Shown: positions 1 to 13,682 of the stretch, piece by piece
How positions within the stretch are numbered: the stretch's first letter is position 1
Layout: each line of letters opens with the position of its first letter
NCBI GenBank assembly: GCA_951406725.2
Contig: OX597816.1
Coordinates: 28,892,001-28,956,000, forward strand
Reading direction: 5' to 3'
Length of the DNA: 64,000 bases
Origin: Octopus vulgaris
Taxonomy: Eukaryota
The notes under the pieces: model-generated
The model's input: the letters and a program-made list of their open reading frames with translations, nothing else
Told to the model about the DNA's origin: nothing
Database searches by the model: none
Program-made: the position numbers and the translations under genes

Positions 1-362
1 CTATCTGAAAGTTTTGGTTTGCTTCCGGAGTTTTGTTTCGACAAGGAGGCTCTTCCCCCTTTCTCAAAGGCTGTCTTTACTTTCGAGATAGTACTTCTTG
101 ATACAGCAAACATTTCGGCTGTTTTCGTTACGCTAGCGACTGACATATGAGCACCAACAATTTGACCTCTTTGAAAGTCCGGTAGATCGATCATTTTAAT
201 GAATTACCTTTTTGTGATGATATCTGAAAAGAAAGAGCAATTTTAGCAAAACATTAAGGAACACTAATAATAAATTAAAAAAAACAAAAATAAACAAGCT
301 TTTGACGGTTGTATAGATATTCCAAAATTATGATGCTATGATGCTAGGTGTTTCCATTATTT
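1..362 (-). mobile_element. Tc1-family DNA transposon, 5' part (transposase N-terminus runs off the window)
   Basis: Minus strand from ATG at 194 reads MIDLPDFQRGQIVGAHMSVASVTKTAEMFAVSRSTISKVKTAFEKGGRASLSKQNSGSKPKLSD, the paired-like HTH plus the (degenerate) GRPR-like linker of Tc1 transposases. Partial TIR-like sequence aggtgtttccattattt at ~347-362. Confidence 0.85.
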
Positions 363-680
363 ATGGTTAAATATGCATAAGATCGAGCGACATTGTGCAA
401 CAGATATTCAACCAATATTTCCAAAATATACACAGCCGAATGTGAATACATATTTATCCATTGTACCCACGTGTATGTTACGAGCAGTACCGCAGAAAAC
501 TGCAGTATTCGATCAGGGAGTAAATTATAATTTCAAATTAATAACAAAAGGGTAGAATTTATTAAATTAATTAATTGATAAATCAATTAATTAATAATTT
601 TACCAAGTAGATCGGTTCGTTAAACTAACCTTTATAAGTAAAATTTACCCCGAGCACTTTCAAATTTTATATTGGAAATG

Positions 681-740
681 CAACACGGATGAGGAAATGT
701 AAGTAATTAAATACTTTCATCTCGAAACGCGTCTTTGGCT
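681..740 (+). ncRNA. Degenerate minimal hammerhead ribozyme motif
   Basis: caaca-CGGAUGA (one mismatch to CUGANGA)-hairpin-GAAACGCGUC. Stem I pairing is decayed. Confidence 0.45.
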
Positions 741-1523
741 AATCGGAGTCGTGTTGATTCATTATTTTTCTTTGTGCCTATGTAAAAAAGTGTGTCACTG
801 TCTGAGAGATTCTTACGTTAGTAGAAAAGGAAATTTTAACTCCTATTTCTAAATTCGGTATGTGGTCAAGAAATTAGCTAACCCCCTAATTATAATTATG
901 TTTATAATTATAGAATATTTGTATAATTTTAACTATACAGGAATGCATACAAAAACATTATACCTAATCGGAACGAAGTCTTTTCACTTTGGAACTGAGA
1001 ACATTTTCAATATAATTATGAAACGTCAATTCTCAGATATTACTCCTTTGCTCCGATTAGGTAGTGTGTTGTTCGCTATGGACACACATAATAAAGTTAG
1101 TCACTTATAAAAGCCTCATAAAATACCATACATATATTTAATAGCTATGAGCAAATGTTACTGGCGAAAAATGTACGAAGTTGGTTAATTTACCGAGTTG
1201 CAACTGGCTATAAAAATATGAGTTATTGATATTCTTATCATTTGGAAGTAGGGACAAATGTAGAAGTGTTCAGCATAAGTAGTAGAAAAAATTCATTAGT
1301 TCGTCGATGACGACTCATGCCATTAATGGTTAATGTGTTTCACTGAAATGTGCATATGGCCTGACGGAAAGATCGAGAGAAAATCACAATAGTATTGAGG
1401 ACGAACATCGATATTTGAACGGGGATGTGTATGTGTGTGTGTAAATTTATAATTATAATTATGATTAAGGGTACCAGATAGTCCCGGCTAGAAATAAAGT
1501 TTAAAAAATACTCAAAAAATATA

Positions 1524-1662
1524 CAGGATTGGCTGTGTGGTAAGTAGCTTGCTTACCAACCACATGGTTCCGGGTTCAGTCCCACTGCGTGGCACCTTGG
1601 ACAAGTGACGTCTGCTATAGCCTTGTGAGAGGATTTGGTAGACGGGAACTGAAAGAAGCCCG

Positions 1663-1724
<62 letters not shown>

Positions 1725-1954
1725 GCGCGTGTATGTTTCTGTGTCTGTGTTTGTCCCCCTAGCATTGCTTGACAACGGATGCTGGTGTGTTTATGTCCTC
1801 GTCACTTAGCGGTTATGCAAAAGAGATCGATGGAATAAGTACTGGGCTTACAAAGAATAAGTCCCAGGGTCGAGTTGCTCAACTAAAGGCGGTGCTCCAG
1901 CATGGCCGCAGTCAAATGACTGAAACCAGTAAAAGAGTAAAGAGTAAAGAGTAA
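1524..1954 (+). mobile_element. tRNA-derived SINE family A
   Basis: A-box-like tggctgtgtggtaag, B-box-like ggttcagtccc, internal (TA)n, (AAAGAGT)n tail; at least 10 homologous copies in the window. Confidence 0.9.
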
Positions 1955-2333
1955 ATAAGCCACTGTATCACTCAAAATTCAACAAGCTGACGAAATAGAG
2001 GAGCGTGTAGAAAGCCAAATGAATTGTCAGTTATACCTATATAAAACGCTTTCAAACTCTTAGAAAATACTCTTAATCCTCATCAGTGGGTGTCGTTGCC
2101 TGGGGTTACACTCATTGCCCGTTTCGTCATGCTTGTAAAAACTTTTATCGTTCACTTCTATGGGTATATTTGCTTGTTAGTTTGTTAAATTTTCAGAGAT
2201 ATTGTGGTTTATTTGAGTACGCTTCATCTCTCATTTCCAGCAACACTGGTGCTAACTGGTACCATTAATTATAATTATATATATAATTATAGTTTTATAT
2301 ACACTTACTCTTTTTATATGCTTGCAAGCCCCT

Positions 2334-2339
2334 TATTAC

Positions 2340-2405
<66 letters not shown>
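2334..2405. repeat. (TTA)n microsatellite, target/tail of the adjacent retrotransposon
   Basis: Direct reading. Confidence 0.95.
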
Positions 2406-3165
2406 GTTTTTTTCCTTCTTTCTTCAAATTTTCTTCCGTTTCTCGCCGAGTGTTTTCCATACACCTAGGGCAGAGAAGGGCATTGTATGCATTCCCAGAT
2501 TACACGCGCAAATTCACAGATAAAATATGTATTTAAAAATTAATAAATAAATAAATTCATGGATGGATGTTATTTTCACAGCGATAGTTCTCTTCTCAGT
2601 ACATGAGCCGTTCCAGTTAATACGATTTTTTGCACTTCCTGTAGGGATGGTAAGTCTGGAATCATTTTCAAATAGGTTTCAGTGCCTTTTTTTTATCATT
2701 CCTAGAGATCCTACAATCACTGATACTGTAGTCGCCTTGAGATGCCACATTTTTTTCAATTTCCATTAGCAGGTCTTTATATTTACTAATCTTATCAAAT
2801 TCTTTCGCCGCTATATTGTGATCACAGGGAATATTCATGTCAATTAATAAACACATCCTTTTGTCTGATCTTTTATAATGATATCCGGTTTATTGGCTTT
2901 TATAGTCCTATCGGTCTGCACGGGGAAGTCCCATAGAATCGACACATTTTCTCCCTCAGTCACAGCTTCAGGATGATGTTTATACCATTTGACAGCGGTT
3001 TTGATTTTATAATGCCGACATATTGTCATGTGCAAATATTGGCCGACTCTGTCATGTCTTGCTTTATATTCTGCAAGTGCTAAGACTGAGATTAGGTGGT
3101 CTATTGTTTCAATCTCATCGTTACAGAATCGGCATTTTGAGTCAGCTCCATTTTTCATCCATTTT
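2406..3165 (-). mobile_element. 5'-truncated non-LTR retrotransposon, R4/Dong-type (zinc knuckle plus restriction-like endonuclease), frameshifted
   Basis: Joined frames give CRFC..ETIDHL, RHDRV, LWDFPVQTDRTIKANKPDIII, LIDMNIP..KEFDKISKY, VIVGSLG, TAHVLRRELSL* (stop ~2576). 3' UTR runs to 2406. (TAA)n on both sides. Confidence 0.88.
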
Positions 3166-4381
3166 TATTATTATTATTATTATTATGATGATGATGATCA
3201 TGATGATGATGATGATGATTGATGATGATGATTATTATTATTATGTATTATTAATAATATATTTATTTTGTTTTTGGATTTGGTTTGAGAGTTTCTTTAT
3301 GTGAGTTCGTGTGTTGAAGCATATTCTTTTGTGTCTGGGGAGAGTCATTCTCTTTTAGTACCTCGTAATTTATTTTTCTAAAATTTTCGTTACGTCTTGC
3401 AAGAGTCAAAACTATTGAAAAGGTTGCAAGACGCAACGAAAATTGTTTTAAAATAAAGGAGGAAATAGGTAGAAATTTTACTGGCGAATGTGTTAAATTA
3501 TAAGGCACTAAAAGAGAATGACTCTCCCCAGAAACAACAGTAATTTATTTATGTATAATTATACACTTCTATCGTTTGAAATTGGCGCTAGTATTTCAAC
3601 GATTTTAACAAGCATAATGAAGCGGATATTCGTTTAACCCCATGCAGCGAGACCCTCTCATGAGGATTAAGAGTATTATGTTGGTGTTCGAAATACCGTG
3701 ACATGAGTATAATTGAAAATTCATTTCCGTCTTTACCCTGCAATGGAAGGTTGGCTTTTTACTTGCTCCCCAATTCCATCAGCTTGTGGAATTTTTAGTG
3801 ATATTATAACTTATTTGAGTATCCTTAGATAAGCTTTTATACAAATAATAAATATCAGTTTAGCTGTCCGAGATTTTATGAACTATGTAAGCTAAACTCT
3901 CTCGCTTCCTCTCTGGACCGGCGCGTTTCTATCAAGAACGTAAATAAAACTTATTGATTTTTTTTTTCTGCCAGTTAAACCTGCCATGCAATTTCTGTAT
4001 ATAACCGTTCTCAATAGTGTTGCAAATTGCATTATACATTCAATTTCTCCCCCTCTCTGTTTCACACACACACACACACACTCCATCTCTTTCTCTCTCG
4101 CTCTATTTCACATATATACACACATATTCATACTTACGTACACACACACACACACATACGAAAGCTCACCTGTGGATAAAATAAGAATGTGAAATGATAT
4201 TTAGGTGTGCTACTAACGTGGTTAAAGAGGGGTGAAGTTTCTTGACAGAAAGGTGATTAGCTGGTTAAAGTGGACGTAAATATGTGGGTTGAGACCCTAG
4301 TTTGCCGCTTTGGTGTTTCATCATTGATTAAATAGCATTCATATTTGCGCATATTTACATGACAATAAACATAAATATATA

Positions 4382-4549
4382 TTTCCTTTCTACTCTAGGC
4401 ACAAGGCCCGAAATTTGGGGGGAGGGGGACAGTCAATTTGATCGACTTCAGTATGCAACTGGTACTTAAATTATCGATCACGAAAGGTTGAAAGGCAAGG
4501 TCGATCTCGGCGGAATTTGAACTCAGAACATAAAGGCTGACGAAATACG
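4382..4549 (-). mobile_element. SINE family B, variant 3' tail, 5'-truncated
   Basis: Shares the gagttcaaattccgccgag...gcctttca.cctttcg.g.tcgataa core; tail differs from the other copies. Confidence 0.8.
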
Positions 4550-4780
4550 TATTTCTTTACTACCCACAAGATGCTAAACACAGAGAGGACAAACAAGGAC
4601 AGACAACCGGATTAAGTCAATTATATCGACCCCAGTGCGTAACTGGTACTTAATTTATTGATCCCGAAACGATGAAAGGCAAAATCGACCTCGGCGGCAT
4701 TTGAACTCAGAACGTAGCGGCGGACAAAATACCACAAAGCATTTCGCCCAGCGGACTAACGTTTCTGCCAGCTCGCCGAC
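4550..4780 (-). mobile_element. tRNA-derived SINE family B (Nin/Deu-domain-like core)
   Basis: Head ggcgagctggcagaaacgttag, B box gagttcaaat, core gcctttcatc.tttcggg.tc.ataaattaagtaccag. Confidence 0.88.
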
Positions 4781-5085
4781 TTAACACATATGGAAATATT
4801 GTTTAATTTATAAAAGAATGACATATGGATAAATGTAAATGTTATGATAATTTATTGCTTTATGGCCGCTTTATAAAACAGCTGTCCTGTGCTGTTCATA
4901 ACTGAAGGGATTCGAGTGCATTTAGTCTAAAAAGAAAAGCATGGAACGGTTCTCTAAGAAACTCCATCCTCTGAGAAAATATGTTTGCATAATTCTTTCT
5001 GGAGTAGCAAAGCTTTGCATCCTTTATATGTACTTCAACTGTTCTGACTTGCAGTGTAATGTATATCTCACACATACACAGACGT

Positions 5086-5096
5086 ATATCTGTCTG

Positions 5097-5183
<87 letters not shown>

Positions 5184-5194
5184 GTCAGTCTGTC

Positions 5195-5245
<51 letters not shown>

Positions 5246-5248
5246 GTA

Positions 5249-5279
<31 letters not shown>

Positions 5280-5280
5280 T
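5086..5280. repeat. (TCTA)n/(TCTG)n microsatellite
   Basis: Direct reading; contains the left boundary of the large duplication. Confidence 0.95.
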
Positions 5281-6745
5281 TATTCATATATTTATGGATA
5301 GATAGAACGATATGCATTCATACCTAAATCCAGACATATATATGCATCTGCGTGTTTCTCTCTCTCTCCCTCTGTATGTACGTATGTGTATGTATGTGTG
5401 TGTTTCTCTCGTTTCTTTACTGTCATTGACTCTGCAAATTCCCCAAACATTACTCGCGGCATTAATAGTAAGATCTTTCTGTAAAATATTTTATATAGAA
5501 AGCAAATTCCGTTTACATTACTAAGTGGTAGCACTTAATATTTAAGTATCTGGAAAATTATTTAATATCTAGTAGATAGAAAATTCAAAGCAACTCGAAA
5601 AATACGATAATGGAAATCTAAATTGTTTGATGACCAATAATATTTGCTCTTTGCGATGTATGGGGAGACAAATTTGAATGATTTTGACTTCGTCCAATCT
5701 CCTTAACGTGATTGGAGACAAGCTGTAAATTTACAAAAGAATTAACGCTAAGATCGAGAAGCAGATAAATGGATATTTATTGGTAGGAACGACAAAATAA
5801 GGGTAACAATTACATATATATTGAGATTGCATCAACCTGACGTCTACGAAGCTAAATATGGAAACATATATTCAAAAATTGGGCACTTGAAATCTGCAAT
5901 AAAATATGATATTTGCTAAAGAAGTCTATTGTTCATAAAATGGGATATGGTTGACTGTTAAAACGTACTAAGGATTGCATGCATACATATGCACACATGC
6001 TCGCACACAGATACTCATAAACTCACCCTCACATATTTCTGGGCGTAAATTAGAAGATTTACAGAAAAATAGAATCAGATGTACAATCGGTAATGAACAG
6101 TTATGTTAAAAATTGGTAAGCTTACAAGAAATGAGTTTAAATTAAATGTCTTGGGTTTGTTGGTTTAAAATAAGGTAGCAGCTGACGTTAGAATTGAGTG
6201 GATTCGGATGGCAAACCTAATGAAATTATTTAAAAGATCACTTGGATATTTTGGGTAATATATTGGTAATATAACTAAATTTGAAGTGTAGTATAATTTC
6301 GTGTGCATGCCTAACTAAGGTTATACCTAATGGTTTACGCAAATTCTGTGTAAGACAATTTAAATTTGGTGCATATTAAGTAGCGAAGTTAATTCGTCTC
6401 AAATTTGTTGGTTTTAAACATTATAGAATTTTCTGGGGCAGGGTTTCTTGTTATCAAGATTCCAAGAATACTGGATTTATAATTAATTATGGTCATAGTT
6501 AGCAAGAATTTTTGTATCTACAGAAAATTCATTTTCGTATTATCGGGAGCAAAAGCATGGGTCACTGAAGGTATGCCTAAATATCAGTTCAACTTTAGTT
6601 AAAAGACAGAAACTAGCTTATATTCTTTTTCAAATTTTGAATGACACGCCACATCCGCATCATATCTGCAAACCCGCATCTTATTCATCACTTTATACTT
6701 TATAATGAGTGGATTTAAGAAAAAACATATATTATTTCTTTCATA

Positions 6746-7140
6746 GGCGCAGGAGTGGCTGTGTGGTAAGTAGCTTGCTTACGAACCACATGGTTCCGGG
6801 TTCAGTCCCACTGCGTGGCACCTCGGGCAAATGTCTTCTACTATAGCTTCGGGCCGACCAATGCCTTGTGAGTGGATTTGGTAGACGGAAACTGAAAGAA
6901 GCCTGTCGTATATATGTATGTGTGAGTGTTTGTGTGTCTGTGTTTGTCCCCCTAGCATTGCCTGACAACCGATGCTGGTGTGTTTATGTCCCCGTTACTT
7001 AGCGTTTCGGCAAAAGAGACCGATAGAATAAGTACTGGGCTTACAAAGAAAAAGTCCCGGGGTCGAGTTGCTCGATTAAAGGCGGTGCTCCAGCATGGCA
7101 GCAGTCAAATGACTGAAACAAGTAAAAGAGTAAAAGAGTA
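6746..7140 (+). mobile_element. SINE family A
   Basis: Full head ggcgcaggagtggctgtgtgg through gtaaaagagta tail. Confidence 0.9.
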
Positions 7141-8006
7141 TAGTGGGAGTTATAATCTGAAGGAGTGGAATAATCTTATATTACAATGAAGAAGCTAAAA
7201 GCAATTACATTTTATTCTAATTCTACCTTCAGTTGCAATATCTTTCAGCTTCAATATAAATGCCATTTTGTAACTAAGCAGGAAGAAACTAACGAAAAAT
7301 AATTTTTGCATCTAAAATTTACACAGAATATGCTGATTTTCTAAAACCCACTCCTTATGGGTTTGGAAAAGCATTAATTTTATCAAGGCCACCACCAAAA
7401 ATCCCTACCCACGCATTAATTTATCGGAAGCCAAAGCAAAAATAAAAATGAATAGAAACAGTTCAAATTTTTTGCAATTTTACATAGTTATACCATTTCT
7501 ATCATAAAACGTATTAGTGCTCACTTTGAAATTCGATAATTTTTTGCGTATTCTCTTTCCGCCTCCCTTCCTCTCTCCTCTTTCCCTTCCTATTCAACTA
7601 ATCACTTGGATACGTTATAGACGAGATAATCTAAGGAGAAACAAGCAGAATTAGATGTGTGAATTGCGTATGTTTCATATGTAGGATCACTTAAATGCCA
7701 GGCTATTTCATTGACATATGCACTGATTACGTTCCATGCAATGCAGACTGAAAGCTATATTTTTTTCAGTTATGCGTTCATAAGAATGAAAACATACCTA
7801 TCCGGGGTGCTTTTCTTAATCTGCATATAACCATATGACTCTGTGAGGATACTTAAGAAGAAGGAACACCGTCTCATCTCCCTATTGGTGTGTAGCTCTG
7901 ATACGAATGAACTGTAAGGAAACATTCATATACAGATGGACAAGAATGAAACAAATATACAAACACACACACATACATATATGAATTTGTATGGACGTGT
8001 ATATAT

Positions 8007-8237
8007 ATTTCTTTACTACCCACAAGGAGCTAAACACAGAGGGGACAAACAAGGACCGACAAACGGATTAAGTCGATTACATCGACCCCAGTGCGTAAAT
8101 GGTACTTAATTTATCGACCCCGAAAGGATGAAAGGCAAAGTCGACCTCGGCGGAATTTGAACTCGGAACGTAACGACAGATGAAATACGGCTACGCATTT
8201 CGCCCGGCGCGCTAACGTTTCTGCCAGCTCACCGCCT
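8007..8237 (-). mobile_element. SINE family B, full length with TSD
   Basis: Flanked by the direct repeat tggacgtgtatatata (~7992 and ~8240). Confidence 0.92.
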
Positions 8238-9105
8238 ATTGGACGTGTATATATACGTGTCTCGTTTCATGTGTATGATAGTGTATATTTCTGCACACAT
8301 ACACACTCGCAAGTACACACACGCACACGCAAGCACAAACGCACGCACACACACACGCGCGCGCGCGCACATATATATATATATATATATATGTTTCTTC
8401 TTTCACTCAAAATTAGTCTGAAGTTGTGTTTATTAAGTCTTGGGGTTAGAAATAATAACTAATTTATCACCTCGAGAAGTTTAGAAAAGTCATAATTAGA
8501 TCATGCCAGAGCTATATGTCCATTCAAGTTTACTCAACTTTTCTCCAAATTATAATTTCTTTTAAGCAAAATCGCTACTTCTAAAATCACTAGAAGAGAC
8601 CAGAATCGTGACTATATTAAATAGTAAAGCCAGTCGCTAAATCAAAGTGGTAGTTGAATGAAATTAGTAGTTTAACCCTAGGTAGATTACCCGCCACTCT
8701 GCACTCTCTAAATACAATATATTATTAGCAGGGAGATCGAATTCCTACCACACTCCGCAGGTATCTGGAAGCGAGATTGACTCAGTTTCGAGCTATTTGG
8801 CTAATTCTCAGTTCCGAGCATCTGTACGCTCGTGCGATAGCCAGAGTCCGCTAACGTTAACAATATATTGTAAACAAAGTGTTCATCAGATGAAGCATCT
8901 TCACTATACAAACGAGTGGGTAGTCTTTGCTGGTGAGGGTTTTACGAGGTCGCGGTGCAAGTCCTACCGCAAATTCTTTTTAGTCGACTTTTCACACATT
9001 CTAACAGGAGAAACGTTGAGTCTATACTTTGATGACATGCTAGTCTTAACACAGCAGAATATAAATGCACGCTCGCACATACACACACGCTTTTGTGTGA
9101 GGACG

Positions 9106-9167
<62 letters not shown>

Positions 9168-9459
9168 GCATGTATTGTATGTATGTATATATATATATAT
9201 ACACAAATATAAATATATATGTATGTATATATATATATATATATATAGACACGCACACACATATATGAATACAGGCACAGAGATATATGCACACATGCAC
9301 TGTGATAAGAAGAGAGCAGAAATCTTCACAGTACATCTTCACTTGCCCCTCACTGTTTCAGTGACAAGAAGTGGATCCAGAACGACTGAGATCGGTGGCG
9401 AGCGGTAGCAAGCCACGGCGTCTACAGTATGTAGAGGGGCGCCTTTAAAACCACCCTTT

Positions 9460-10139
9460 TTGATTCAGTCTTGTTCTAGTTAATAGTAGCACAAAGCACA
9501 CAGTTTGCCGCAAGATATCGGAGAGACGGAAAGGAATAAGAACAGCAGGTGCCGGAACAGGTGCTACTTCTGGATGTGACAAAGGAGAGAAGCTGAGGCA
9601 AGGATAAGCCAACAGAGAAAGCAATCAACAGCTGAGAATCCAACAGGTGTTACTATTCCGGGTCAGTGTAGACCTGGATAAAATAGAGGTTAAGTGGCGT
9701 ATCCACACACCTTCAAACACTTTAACCGCCATAGTAGGCCCCCTCTACCTGATAAGACTGGATGTAGGCCTTATGGATGTCAAAAAATTCGTTCCTAAAA
9801 TCGTCCCAAAGGATTTCTCTTCTCACGCAGAGTTTCTTTCCTCTCTGTTGGAGGCCCTATCTGTTGGAGGTCCTATCTGTTGATCATGAGGCATGGAGAT
9901 CCGTTTGTGATGGTGAAGTAGAGGTATCTTAAACCGAACGTAGGCGATGACAAGAAGAGTGTCGGTATCCAGTGTCTATCGTTTGGGGTTTCCTTCAGTG
10001 TCCCCAGTAACACATGATCTGCCTCTCTCGAATCGGTCTTATCGGCCATATCCAACCGCTTCGATGTGCTGGAGGCGGAGGAGGATGAGTATCTTCGATC
10101 CACACTGTTGATACGCCGTTATAAGCGAGTAAGCAATAC

Positions 10140-10140
<1 letters not shown>
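9460..10140 (+). mobile_element. Probable decayed 5' portion (UTR plus ORF1-like) of a non-LTR retrotransposon
   Basis: GC-richer island with broken frames (KLRQG*ANRESNQQLRIQQVLLFR...; SNRFDVLE, a motif common in LINE ORF1 linkers), a 16-bp internal tandem duplication near 9845-9880, ending in (CA)n. Confidence 0.4.
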
Positions 10141-10185
<45 letters not shown>

Positions 10186-12487
10186 GCTCACACAAACACA
10201 CACAATCACACACGCACATACGCTCACACAAACACACACACAAACACACACACAAACAAACACATGCACAGACGGATGCACACATATATATGTATGTATG
10301 TATATAAACACGCACGCACACACACACACACATATCAAATATATGTTCAGACATATATTAATGTAAATTTATATACATAGGAAATCGTAAAGATACACAG
10401 ATTTTTTTTGTTATGGGGAATAGGTTGCTGAGGAGAAAATCAGAAACTCCTGTGTAAAGTCTTTTCTTGAAACCACTTGCTTGAATGATACGAAGAGACT
10501 TTGGCATATTATGTGCTTTATCTTGCTTTACTTAACTCATATTGTATCAAAAATCCACAAATGATTAACATTAATTAATTACCATACTCATTTTCTGAAT
10601 TATATAGAGTAAAAGTAAGTGTTTTCTGTGTTGAAAATGATTTCATATATTTGCATAAGTTACTTAAATCGGTTACTATAACAGAGCGGTTTGTATATTA
10701 TCGACTCGGGAACCAAAAGGTAAAAAGATGTCTACATATGCGTAGATAGTTTTCATCTCGCATATACGAGCACAGCAGTAGTTTAACAGCATTGTCTGAG
10801 ACCTATATTGATTACACAATTTATAGCCTGATTGTGTAAATTTCTCAAATATACTCAATGACAGTAAGATAAATACCTACAGCACGTACATTCATATGAA
10901 AATATAGCGTCTAATGTTCTTTTTTCAGCAGCTCACTATCCACATATACTGATTTCTACATCATGAGTGTATTATTGCTGTGTATTGACTGCATTGTTTA
11001 TGAAGTGGGCCTTTTCACCAGTTATTGATCTGTAGTGTATTTATCGATATTTATTGCAGAATTGTTTTTCTTCATGTTGTTTTAATCATTTTACTAGCCA
11101 TTTACTATAGATCGTTTGTTGTTTCATTATCTTTTTACCTCTCTGCTCTTTTGCCTGTTTAACATAATGGCTGTAATTTCAATGAATTTTCCTGCTGTTC
11201 TAAATCGTCGATCAATGTTTGTATATTGTGTCCGTTAAAGCTGAATTTTTAGGTTGACATTCAATAACTTTGAATGTTCCAAACACTTTCATTAATGTTT
11301 CATAGAAAAAAAAGACCAATAAATAAAGAGAAGGAGGGAAAAATACGACAAAATGTATTTGTAATGGAATTATTATTTGCTGACTAAGGATTTTTCCCAT
11401 CACTAAATTATATTCTTCTACAATATTTTTTTTCCTGGCACAATAGTTGGTTAAACCTGCTCTTCTGTGAAACACCATAATTTGTTCTTTCACACGCAAT
11501 GAAGTCGGTTGATATTGAAGCAAGTAAACTAACCTCTTCATTTGGCAAATATTTGTTCTGAAATTCGAAATAAAGGGCTTTGTAAGCGATCTACCTTATT
11601 ATTTCTTTAAAAGAAGAATTAAAATAAATCTTAAACATAAAATTTAGGCGTGAACTATAATTAAATAATATATCACTGTCGCATGATTGTGTCAATTTTT
11701 AAATAACAATTTTTAAATCAATGCTCGGTTGCCGGTTTTATAGCGGTTCAAGGCATCGATAACGCATTAGAATTTCATGATGAATACACGTAGGTGCTTC
11801 GACACACACACATACACTCACACACACACATGGATATGCGTATGAAAGTATGCCCGCATCTATGTATGTGTTAGTTAAAAAGTAAAAAGTGGTGAATTTC
11901 CGTTTAATCGTTTGCCTTCAAACTATTTTCCCATTTAAAAACTCAATACATTGTAAATGCTTTAAAATAACGCCTAATAAAATAACATCAACCAATTTAA
12001 ATAAAATGAAATACCAAACACAAAGGTACTCTAGGTTATGTATTTATAATGAATAGATTAGATATAAGGATTAAATTTAACTACTGCAGTTTATAAAACT
12101 TTATAGAAAAATATGTTTTTAAAAATTTATATCCAATCCTTTTTATGTTAAAATTTCAAATATTTGTAATAACATAAAAAATAACAATTAGAATACGCTA
12201 ACAATATTTATCAGTAAAGCAGCTTATCTAATATACAACCTATGTAATATATAACGTATAATCCTAGCTTTATATACTTATGGATATACATACCTGAGTG
12301 TGTGTGGCTGTGTGTGAGTATATGAATGATCATATATGTCTATAAGGTCTGAAGATCGTGTAAAATAACGGTATATGATTTAGGAAAATTGGAGTATTTA
12401 CAGTGTCTCTGTTTGAAATGTCGATATTACTACGTTTAGCGAGGTATATTTATAAGTGTGTCTGTGTGTGTATTTGTATGTGTATAT

Positions 12488-12527
<40 letters not shown>

Positions 12528-13682
12528 ATCATTATGAGGATATATAAGCCTCTTATAGAGCTAGTTTTATCCAAGGTACACTGGTTTATATGATTCTTCA
12601 ATAAATTCATTATACAAATATCAAATATTAAGAAAATAGAGAGATAAATGGATATAAATTATTTTTAATTAATCAATTAAAAATTAATTTATATACATTA
12701 TATATCACCATTTTCTTATTTAATAATATTATATATATATATATATGTGTGTGTGTATGTGTGTATGCGTATACATATGTGTGTGTGTGTATGTGTGTGT
12801 GTATTTCAAATGATTGATGCGGAAGACGTAGTGTAACTAGAAACTTCCTTTAGCACAACAATCCTTTCGACTTCCTTCTGCACTGCTCCCTTGTGGATCT
12901 GAGAAGATGTAATGCCATCAGATACAATACACAGTTTAGAGAGCCTCACCAAGTGACATTGTTCAAAATTTAAAACATTTACTTTTAATTTTCAATTCAA
13001 GTTTTATGTTGGTAGTGTGTTGCTATTAGTTAACACACATTTTGTTGAATTGAGGAAAGTTATCATCTGGAAGTGTTTGATAAAACAATAAAAAATACAA
13101 AGAATCTAATGTAAATGAGGAGAAGGTGTTTATACTCGGAGTCATGAAGTGGTTGAAAGAGTCTAATATTCAGGGGCAGGAGTCCTTATGGCGGTGGATT
13201 GAAGGGGCCCTAAATCGAGTGGATACTTTATATATATATATATATAAATTATAAATATCATTGCAATACAACAGTATTATTTTCCAGCTAAATAGAGCAC
13301 CGTAAAGGTAGAATTATAAATAGGAAATAGTGGTACTACAAGGCACCAATGTCTGCTGGAAATAGCAATCGATAACCGTACGACTCTATGTAAAGCTTCA
13401 CTGAATGTATACAGGCAAAGATGTGTGCAGGTGCGAACATAGAACCTTTTCGTCTTATGTCCAGGAAGAACGCCGGATAAATTGACAATCTAGAGTTGAT
13501 AACCTAGTACTAGAGTTCTGGACTTTCCAGAATAATTTGTTAATGTAAATCTGGTTATTCTTCTTCAGCTAGATTCACTGAAGGCGGAATTTAAAATATC
13601 GGCTACATCAATGCCAGTATATTCACCTGATACACCTTGGCATAAACAGAACCGAGATCAGTGAAAAAGTTTTGTATTAGTA

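Noticed and set aside
6040-6620. Possible Penelope N-terminal relic
   Set aside because: Similarity too vague to support.
8775-8815. Minus-strand GAAACUGAGUC hammerhead-like half
   Set aside because: The core reads CUGAGAA and no stem I pairing was found.
8797-9408. 203-aa ORF and the many [12 protein letters not shown] ORFs throughout
   Set aside because: Stop-free dinucleotide repeats and SINE bodies; no domain signal.
10450-11560. Coding-like minus-strand stretch after a tttcag acceptor (109-aa ORF)
   Set aside because: Many stops in all frames downstream and no recognisable homology.
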